Of a DNA stretch of 64,000 bases, positions 55,301 through 64,000 are shown piece by piece. The notes beneath the pieces were generated by a model. That model saw nothing but the letters and a program-made list of their open reading frames with translations, ran no database searches and was not told where the DNA came from. Each line of letters opens with the position of its first letter. Within the stretch, counting starts at the first letter, position 1. Both the position numbers and the translations under genes were made by a program. This stretch comes from Vicugna vicugna (lineage: Eukaryota): the NCBI GenBank assembly GCA_013265495.1, contig MU058384.1:4513239-4577238 (forward strand), written 5' to 3'.

Positions 55301-57140
55301 CTAGTGGAGGTGTTAATAGCAGTAAAACAGCCCAAAGACAGAGGGAAAAAGAAGCAACAAATATGGATAGCATGCCATAATGTATTCAAGAGTAAACTAT
55401 AATTCAGTTTTACTCTGAACTATCATAATTTGGAACTTCATTTCAAATGAATGAACGTGAAGTGAACTTCATTCTCTTTTTGACTGGATTATTTTCTAAT
55501 AGATTTGGCCCCCTGTAAATACTATTTACCAATATATTAGCCAACCTTTCATAATTGTCATTACATTTATGAATTCATAAGTGTCACTGAGAAGTATTGT
55601 AAGTGTATGCCTTTTGCTTCATGGGCAAAATCATTAAGTGATCCTGGAACAAACATACATTTGATACTAAACACAAAATACAGCAGTATAGGTAGTTCTG
55701 CAAATAACAGTCAGCCACTTTCTCAGTGGTGGAAAACTGTCTCCCCCACCCACCCCAGGCCTCTGTTCCCCCCTTGCCCAACAGTCGAACCTCTTTCATT
55801 CTTACCTTCCACCTCTGCTTTGCCCCAGTTCCCAAGATAGGTCCCAACCTTAGACACTGGGGATTAATTACAACCGAACCATCAGCATGGGGCTCAACAT
55901 CATTTTACCCTTCTGACTGGTCTTAGGCTTGAGTCCTGATAAACAGATTTTTCCTGGTTCCTGAATCTTAATTCCCATCTTGCTCCCAGGTCTGACAGCT
56001 AGATTGCGATCTTATTTCTGTGTATAACAATCCCTGTCTTGGAGATCTGCCTCCTGTCTTATCTTCCCCAGGACCTTTCCTCCCTTGAAACCTTCCTTGG
56101 GCTAACACCCTAAGGTCCCTAAAGCTAATAGCTTGCCTTTGTAAATTTCTTAGCTTCCTTTCTGCACAATCGAATTTTTTAAAAGGGTGACCCTATCACT
56201 TCATATTTCACTCTTAACACATATTACTTTCTATATACCCTTTAAGATACTATATGCTGATGAGTGACTTCCACAGTTTCTCATATTCCAAAGCTAGGTC
56301 CACCCTCCCCACCACATCCCCTCTACCTCCAAGCCTTATGTGGCTGGCCAAGTTCCAGATCCCAGCCTCTCAGCCTGTACACTCAAGAAGGCTCCTTATG
56401 GCCACGTGCCAAGAGAAAAAAAATGATACACCTCTGAAACTCTAAACTGAAGACATAATTTTTCTAGGTATCCCATTCAGGACAACTGTCAAGTATTATG
56501 AAATCACTTTCCCTAATACAAAGATGTATTCTCCTGACCAGAATGCCTTTCTGGAGTCCACAATTATTTCCCACTGGCTCTTACCTCCACCAAGGAGCCT
56601 CACTTCTGCTGCTAGGGCTGAGGGAGATGTATTTTGAGTTTCCTTAAGTCATCCTCAGATGTACTTTGCCAGAGAAGAGTGTTAAAAATACTGTGATGTG
56701 TAATTAATAGCACCATTCCTCCTATCCTGAATCAAATAATACATAAATCTGGAATTTGTGATAAGGCCCAAGAACCTCACCAACATTTAAAATATTGTCT
56801 AACGGAATATCATTTTGATTTCTAAATAACCAATTCAAAACTAACATTTTGTCTCCAACGTTCATGGTATGAGACACTTTCCAATTGTAGCCAAAATCCT
56901 TTCAATAGTGACAGCTGGGTATGTATAATGTCGAAAACAGTTCAATGAGACATTATAAGTGAAAGTAGGAGACCCAATGTGGCACACATGAAATGGTTAA
57001 TTTGAATTTTGGTTTTTCTTATTAAGGCAAAGTATCTTACAATCCATGTTAGTCATAATTCTCCCATTTAGACAGAAAACATAATCATGGAATGAGTAAG
57101 AAAATTCTGATTTAGTTTTCAGTCAAGAAGGTGGTATCTT

Positions 57141-57283
57141 GGGGGAGGATATAGCTCAGTGGTAGAGCACATGTTTAGCATGCATGAGGTCCTGGGTTCA
57201 ATCCCTAGTGCCTCTGTTGACAAATAAATAAATAAAAATAAACCTAATTGCCTCTCCCAACCAAAAAATAACAACCACCACAA
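57141..57283 (+). mobile_element. tRNA-derived SINE, camelid Vic-1-like
   Basis: GGGGAGGATATAGCTCAGTGGTAGAGC (A box) ... GGTTCAATCCC (B box), A-rich tail with AAACCTAATT, and a degenerate TSD (aagaaggtggtatctt / aaaaaggtggccactt). Confidence 0.85.
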
Positions 57284-57317
57284 AAAAAGGTGGCCACTTC
57301 CCACCAAAAGCCACGGA

Positions 57318-57379
57318 TGGTACTCAGTAGTGCCAATAAGTGGTACTCAGTAGTACCAATAATTAGTACTCAGTAGTAC
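57318..57379 (+). repeat. 23-bp tandem repeat, ~2.7 copies
   Basis: tggtactcagtagtgccaataag / tggtactcagtagtaccaataat / tagtactcagtagtac. Confidence 0.85.
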
Positions 57380-57539
57380 TCCCTATTTTATAAATGAGAA
57401 AACTGAGAATAAAGTAGAAATACGTGAACCAGAAACAAAATGGACACAAACTTAGTGTTTTACACAGTATTTATACGTTAGCATAGTGTAAAGCATTAAA
57501 AGAACCAATCCAATCAAAATTAAAATGCAAAAAAAACTG

Positions 57540-58190
57540 AACTATAATAGTACTAAGGAAGCCGCAGGAGAATCCTTAATAACCTTAGAGTGGGAAGACT
57601 GTCTAAGAATGACACAAACCCAGAAGCTATATAAGGGAAAAAAACTGGTGAATGCGACCACATAAAAATATATTTTAAAAATTACTAAATGCAAAAAAAA
57701 AAGAAAAAAAGAAAAAGAGAGAAAAAACATTAAAAAGTTAAAAAAACAAATGACACACTGGGAATAAATATGTGCCACTCACATTCTAGGAAAGAGCTAA
57801 TTTCTTGAATCTTTGAAGAACTTACACAAGTTAATAAAGAGAAAAAAAGACAAGCTCAATATAAAAGTGGGCAAAAATTAAGAATAAACAGTTCATACTA
57901 AAGTAAATGCAGATGATTTTAAGCATATAAAAGAGGCCCAACCTCATTTACAATAAGAGAAATAGAAATTAAAAGTACAACTGCAGACCATTTTGTACAT
58001 ACAAAGTTGGCAAATACCAAAATGGATAATCTATTGTATTGCCAAGAGTTTGAAGAAGCAGGCACTCATATTTCTGTAGTGGTAGCAAACTGGCTCCCAG
58101 GAAAAAGAGAGAATCTTACTTTTTAACCACAAACTTTTGTACCTTTTACATTTTACACCATGTGTATCATACTAACTATTCCAAAAATTG
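57540..58190 (+). mobile_element. L1ME 3' fragment inside the OAS-like intron
   Basis: aacccagaagctata, aaatgacacactgggaataaatatgtg, aaaagtgggcaaa. Confidence 0.65.
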
Positions 58191-58460
58191 GATAAAATCT
58201 CTTTACTTGTTATTGAACAGAGATACCTGAAATATTTAAGACATACAATTTTTAACTATAATCCTGGGGCCTAAAATAAATAGACAAGTGAAGTAACCAT
58301 CCTTGATAAGTTTTCTCCAACAAACCCTTTTCCTATTTGGCTGATGACCCATGAACTCTGGGCTTTTATTACAGATGTGGCTACTGTCTGCAGAGTGAGA
58401 CAACATCTGTAACTTTGTTCCAGCTCCAGGTCTACACCTTGTGAAGCTGGCCTTTACATA

Positions 58461-58947
58461 CTGTAGTAATTTTTAAACATGTCCATAAAATTACTTAATA
58501 TCCTTTCTATCAAGAGGTGGAGCTTTATTTCCCTCACTTTGAGTATGGGGTGGACTTACTGACTTGCTGCTGATGAACAGAATATGGTGGAAGGGATGGT
58601 GCATCACTTCCAAGACTACATCATAATAAACACTGCAGCTTCTTAGTCTCTCTCTCACAAGCTCTTAGCTCTGGGGGAAGTCAGGCCATGGGCGAGGAAC
58701 CGAGGCCTCCAGCCAATAGCTGTACAAGTAAGCCATTTTTGAAGTGGTGCCATCAGTTCCAGCTTCAAATGACGGTGGCCCCAACTTGACTGCAACTCCA
58801 CAAAAGACCCTGAGCCAGGACCACCTAATAAGCCATTCATGGATTCCTGATTCCCAGGAATTGTGTGAGATAGGCAATAAATATTTGTTGTTTTAAGATG
58901 CTAAATTTTGGTGTAATTTATGATGCTACAATTGATAGCTAATATAC
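58461..58947 (+). mobile_element. MaLR LTR (MLT1F-like) inside the OAS-like intron
   Basis: tgtagtaa...aagaggtggagctttatttccc...ttgactgcaactcc...gatagctaatata. Confidence 0.7.
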
Positions 58948-59802
58948 ATAATCTCAGAGAGTAGACGTGTCTTTAAACTCACCACACTGCTTGCTCCTCT
59001 GTTTGGTCCATCTCCAGAGGCAATGAACTCAAGCAGCCTCTACACCAACAAGTGGAAGAAGACGGCAAGAGAGGTGATTTAATCACTATAGGGTCTGGCG
59101 GAAGAGGGAGAAAACGTGAGACAAAAAGCATGTCAGAACATTCCTTACACAATTCTCAAAGTACTACATAATAACTTTTTTCACAACCTGCTGACATGAA
59201 CAGATCTAGCTGGTTTCTTTCAGGATACTTCCAACCATTTACTTCCCCAATTTCATTTAATCGTCCTCCTCCCAACCCAGGTGGTACACACTCTTAGATA
59301 AGAACTAGAAATGTGGGAAGATTTCGGACTTACAAAATATTGCAACATCAACATAGAAAACAGATGCCAGTTCAAAACTGAAAGAAATGTATTTCACACT
59401 ACTAAGGGCTATTCCAAAACACAGGAAAGCCTGGAACTGTAAAATCATCCCCTTTGATATGCTATGCTTCTATGTTATATTTTTCAGTTTGCTTACTACT
59501 AGAAAAACACTGCCCAGACATTATCTCTGCTGAGACTCACACATCAGAGTTTGTCCTTTGGCCTGGCTGCTATTCTACCTGACAGAGGGAGGAAACCAGC
59601 AACCTCATTCTTACCATCTAGTAAAGTCTGAAATCACACCTTCCTGCCATCCTGCCAACATAGCCCATAGGTGAGTACCAGAGGTGAGGCTGCATCCATG
59701 TAGCCACTAAATTGCCGCCAGGCTTATAGGGCTCTCGCCTCGTTGCTGGGTCTAACATACTATTTCACTACCAAGACCACCAATCTTGCTTTGAACCCTT
59801 AC

Positions 59803-60109
59803 CTAAATGCTTGGGAACTGACTCCATGAATGAAGAAGATCGTGCCTACTTCTGTATACCTGGCATTCCTTTTCTGAACATTTCCACCTCCTATCAGGCT
59901 GGTTCGAGTGTCTACGCTTATTATGCTCTTGGGACATCTGTTTTGAGCTGCAAAATAGCAGAGGTCCAGATTCTGAAGGTAATCCAGGGATCCCAGCTTT
60001 TGAGTGCCCAAACCTGGGCATTCATCCTCACCCATCTTCCCATCTACAACAGTCCTGTGACTGAGTTCTCATTATGCTTTTCACCCAACATCACTCCCAT
60101 TACATCCAT
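59803..60109 (-). pseudogene. Divergent OAS-like nucleotidyltransferase pseudogene, coding exon A (N-terminal lobe, GG[S] loop and D-x-D strand)
   Basis: The frame from 60035 reads ...LDLCYFAAQNRCPKSIISVDTRTSLIGGGNVQKRNARYTEVGTIFFIHGVSSQAFR. This parallels recalled human OAS1 [49 protein letters not shown]. It ends at a strong donor AG|GTAAGG (GT at 59802-59801, phase 2). A possible original start AGAATGG at 60109 lies in another frame (MDVMGVMLGEKHNENSVTGLL*MGRWVRMNAQ), which would need one stop and one frameshift. Confidence 0.65.
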
Positions 60110-61374
60110 TCTCCCCAAACTCAAACCAACTCTAGTGCGCCTTCCACGTAGAGGCTGGACACAGTTGTTTAGTCATTTCCCCCAATTGTCACAACGGGAA
60201 AATATGCGCCTTCAGAAGTTTTGTTAAAGAAAGAGATTTTTGAAAAAGAGGAAGAAGAGAGAAAGGAGAATAAAAGTGAATATGAATAGGACACATTGTC
60301 TTAACAAAATTGTTGAGCAGTGAAACAAGAGCACAGAATAACATAAACCCTCTCCACTGCGGTACCACCGGTATCTCCCAGAAAAAAAAGTGTGGAGGGA
60401 GAAGTCGAAGTACGTCTACAAGTGAGCTGACTACTTTAATATTTTCCACATTAGGCATGTTTCCAGATATCATCAAGAATAAAAAATAATTATACCCATC
60501 TAATTAATAAGGACTTCTGCAGCAGTAATGTCACATCAGCAGGATAGCTGCGTGCATCTGTTCACAAGGACATTGCTCACCGTGGCTCACAACACAAAAA
60601 GCATGAGCCTCTGCTTGTCTCCTCAGGTCTCTGACAGCTTCTGACTCACCATTCTTGACACTCACACCCTCCCGTTCCCACCCGGCCCTATGCTCTTACA
60701 CACAAAATGGTTTGAAATTCTCCGGTGGCCCCGTACTCTTCTCTGTCTCTCGGCCTTTGCACATCCTGTACTTTCTGAAATGCTCATCCTTCCTATCATC
60801 GCCACCCCTCCCAACCCCCGCCTCCGTTAGCTGGGGGACGCTTGCTTATTCTTCAAGGTTCAGCTTCTGAATCACGCCTTTGGCTAAGGCTTTCCTGACA
60901 CTTCACATTCCGGACTGAAAGAAGTAAACATTCCCTTCTTACCACTTTTGTCCGTAACGCACACCTTTAAACACATACCTGCCTCCATTTTAGATTGTTT
61001 CCTACGGTCAAAGCTCACATCTTACTCTTGTTCGTAGCTCTGAAACCATGGGGCAGCATTAGTCGCATCCATTAATCCTGCCTTCACTAATCAAGGTCGT
61101 CTACCAGCCTTGCAGGTCCTCCAAGCGGCAGGAAGCCCAAAGGTAAGCCTGTTGCCGCGATGCTTTCTAGGAACTTGGAGTCAGCTATTCCGACTGAGCT
61201 GGCTAAGACTGGCTGGGACCACTGACTCTCCAACCGGGCATGCGGGAATCTCTGTTCAGTGACCTCTGGCATCAGAGGGCTGAAAATTCCACCCTCAGAC
61301 CGTGCTAAGTGCCGCCATCTTCTCAGAGGCCTACACTTCAGTCGCCTGCGCAGGACTTCCCCTTTCTCCATGGC

Positions 61375-61745
61375 TCCCCACGCTCCTGACGCTCGTCATG
61401 CCCCCTACGCTCTCCCCACGCTCCCCACGCCCCCCACGCTCCCCTCGCNNNNNNNNNNNNNNNNNNNNNNNNNNNNNNNNNNNNNNNNNNNNNNNNNNNN
61501 NNNNNNNNNNNNNNNNNNNNNNNNNNNNNNNNNNNNNNNNNNNNNNNNNNNNNNNNNNNNNNNNNNNNNNNNNNNNNNNNNNNNNNNNNNNNNNNNNNNN
61601 NNNNNNNNNNNNNNNNNNNNNNNNNNNNNNNNNNNNNNNNNNNNNNNNNNNNNNNNNNNNNNNNNNNNNNNNNNNNNNNNNNNNNNNNNNNNNNNNNNNN
61701 NNNNNCACGTTCCCCCCCCTCCCCACGTTCCCCACGCTCCCCGCA
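61375..61745 (+). repeat. GC-rich ~9-bp minisatellite (CCCCACGCT-like) flanking an assembly gap
   Basis: CCCCACGCT, CCCCACGTT and CCCCTCGC units occur on both sides of the N run. Confidence 0.75.
61449..61705. other. Assembly gap (257 N)
   Basis: Run of N characters. Confidence 0.99.
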
Positions 61746-64000
61746 GCTCAGCCTGCCCTGATTCTTTTTCTCATACGTGCGGAGAGCCCGTTGCTTTCCT
61801 GGAGGTCGGTCTGAGACTTGTTCTCTCGCAGCCCTGCTTGGCTGTCTTGTGAAGCATCTCAGCATTCTGGCTTTATGGACAAAATAAATCTGGTTCCATA
61901 ACCCCTCTACTATCAGAAATGGTGTCTAGCAGGCGAAAAGTGTTCAGCAGGCATTTAGTGAAAGAGTGGATGGATGGATGGTGGGGGTAAGAATTTGTTA
62001 AGTTTTCTCAAAGCAGCAGGCACTGGGATACTGTGCTAGGTTTTAAAGAAATGCTTTTTACATGTACAGTCTCAGCAAAAAGGTAAGGAAAACAGACTCA
62101 GAGAGGTATAATCACTAACAAAGTTCACACATTAATAAGTAGTGAAGCTGGAAAGGTAATAGTTAAGTAGTAGAATAGGTCTGTTTGACTACAAAGCCCA
62201 TGGTCTTTTCACAGCACCATAATATTTTATTCTACTGAGTACAGCCACGACAGAAATAATATATTTGACAGGGTATTTTTAAACAGAAATATCCTGAGAA
62301 AAAATATTTAGGAAGCTACCATAGCTTAAAGGAAATGGTTAGCTCTTAAGTATCTCTTCTTTGCATCTATGCACACTAATAATTTTCCAAACTATAAGGT
62401 GGTCTCCTGAAGGCCTTACCTGTCAGAAAGTCATACCTGAAAATGATTGGTGTCCAGCTTTAGCTATTACTACAAATTAGGATGAATCTTGTCACCAAGC
62501 ACACATAGATATTAATTAGCTTTTAAATCAGGTTTGCCTTAACACAAATGGATGGTCTCCAGGGCCTTCAACAGTGTATGAACAGAGGATAGGAATGTGG
62601 CTAGGAGAGAGTTGCCTAGTTTCCAAGCGTGCAGGGCTTAAGACTCTGCTCTTGGTTGACAGCATGCTCCCGGAAGCCTGGACCGAGACGCTGGTGGGCA
62701 CTGTTCCCTTCCAGATGCAAAAGCCCTGTAGCTATGACAAGCTGGAAGGCCCTGCAGCAGTGGTCAGCTGCACTGCAATTTGTTTCTAAGATGACAAAGA
62801 GCAGAAAGTACAAATAGGGCAAGGTTAGAGGCCTCAGTCAGAGGCCCTGGGTGATGCCAGTGTTGCCGAGAGCCCGAACTTGGTAGTGTAACTTCTTTGC
62901 TTGAAAGCCCTCAATCAAGCAGGACCTCTGAGGTCTACAACTGTAATTTTAAACCACAAAGGAAAACAGAACCCTCTCAAACTTTTATTTTGCTGAGGAA
63001 GCGGATAATTTAAATAAGTCTGTTTGACACATGCCTATCTGACTTCCCAGTTCCCTTAGGTTTCTTGCAAGTCAGCCATAAAGCTATTCCCCACTTGTTC
63101 TGACAGGATTTATGCATTCTACATCTGGTATTCAGCAAGCATATTTTTCTTCCTTTTTCATTGAACTTCTGCCCATACACACATACAGGGTCTCATTTTA
63201 ATAGTGGGATTATTCCCTGTGTATTTAAATACACAGGAAACAGGAAATCATCTAAAAGAACACAGTGATCTCATGGTTATATCACTTTTCCCCACAAGCC
63301 CATTTGGAATCAGAGACAAAGAGAAGATTCTGGAGCTTATAGCTTAAGAGTTTTTCAACCTGAGAGGCTGATTGACCTTAAGTTCCCTCTCTGGTTCTTA
63401 ACATAGCACAAATTAAGAAAATGAAATAGCACATTTATTCCAAGACACAGGAAAGAAAAGGATAGTCTTTTTTTTGTTTTTTGTCAAAATAAATCTGTGT
63501 TCAGCTCTCAGAAAAGTAAAACGGCACTCTCACATTTGGTTGGCTGACTAAAGCAGGCGTCAGAGGGTCTAAGCATAGCCCTCCACCAAGGAAGCAGCAG
63601 AGGTCCCTAGACATTCAAACATCGCTCACAGTTGGACATAGGTTCTCTCAAAGGCATACTGGGAATGTAGAAACCTACATTTACTGAGAACGAATATATC
63701 TTGATCATGTTGCATTTAATCCTCACAAAAAACATGTAAAATAGGCATCACTAGACCCATTTTACAGATGAGGAAACTGCGGTTGAACTCCTAAAGACTC
63801 CATGTATTTCAAAGGAGAGCATTTCTTCCAATTAGCAATTGTCTCCATGGGCTAGGGTTTCCTAAGATGCTCTCACACCACAGCCCTGGGGAAAGGCTGG
63901 AGAACACACTCTTCTGTAGCACCCTGGGAACAGAACTTCCAGGCTCTATCCTTGACTCTACCAGAACAGGCACAAAAGATGCTCAAAGCGACGGCTCTGA

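Larger units (their letters stand above)
61100..61830. promoter_or_regulatory. CpG-rich promoter-like island with YY1 and NRF1 motifs
   Basis: CpG/GC content rises sharply against a CpG-depleted window. GCCGCCATCTT (YY1 consensus, AAGATGGCGGC on the minus strand) at 61311-61321. CGCCTGCGCA (NRF1-like) at 61343-61352. Confidence 0.6.

Noticed and set aside
57141..57215. tRNA gene (also 13645-13715)
   Set aside because: A and B boxes are present, but A-rich tails and TSDs identify these as SINEs.
61087..61865. Long ORFs across the CpG island
   Set aside because: They are open only because of N runs, GC richness and the 9-bp repeat, and show no recognisable protein features.
62420..62436. 17-nt minus-strand microexon (cag|GTATGACTTTCTGACAG|gtaagg) in phase with exon A
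   Set aside because: It lies beyond the promoter-like island, is not needed by the OAS alignment, and is too short to distinguish from chance.

Overview
AT-rich mammalian genomic DNA, most likely from a camelid: it carries two tRNA-derived SINEs resembling the camelid Vic-1 family and cetartiodactyl-type L1 3' ends. Most of the window is old repeat debris (L1M/L1ME, L2, MIR, MaLR/MLT1, ERVL/ERV1 LTRs, hAT MITEs). I could not recognise any intact protein-coding gene, and nearly all ORFs in the track are spurious. The main signal is a decayed, highly divergent 2'-5' oligoadenylate synthetase (OAS)-like nucleotidyltransferase gene on the minus strand. It has two coding exons (~60109-59803 and 55300-~54598) joined by a phase-2 GT-AG intron, and its OAS motifs appear in the right order and approximate spacing despite stops and frameshifts. 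Its intron layout differs from canonical OAS1. A CpG-rich promoter-like region with YY1 and NRF1 motifs and an assembly gap lies ~1.2 kb upstream. Other points of interest: an NF-kB-like plus ISRE cluster at ~18.2 kb, an orphan candidate coding exon at 1271-1440, an 88-nt near-perfect hairpin at 41637-41724 and an exact 61-bp tandem duplication. Repeat family names and OAS comparisons come from recalled consensus sequences, not searches, and repeat boundaries are approximate.
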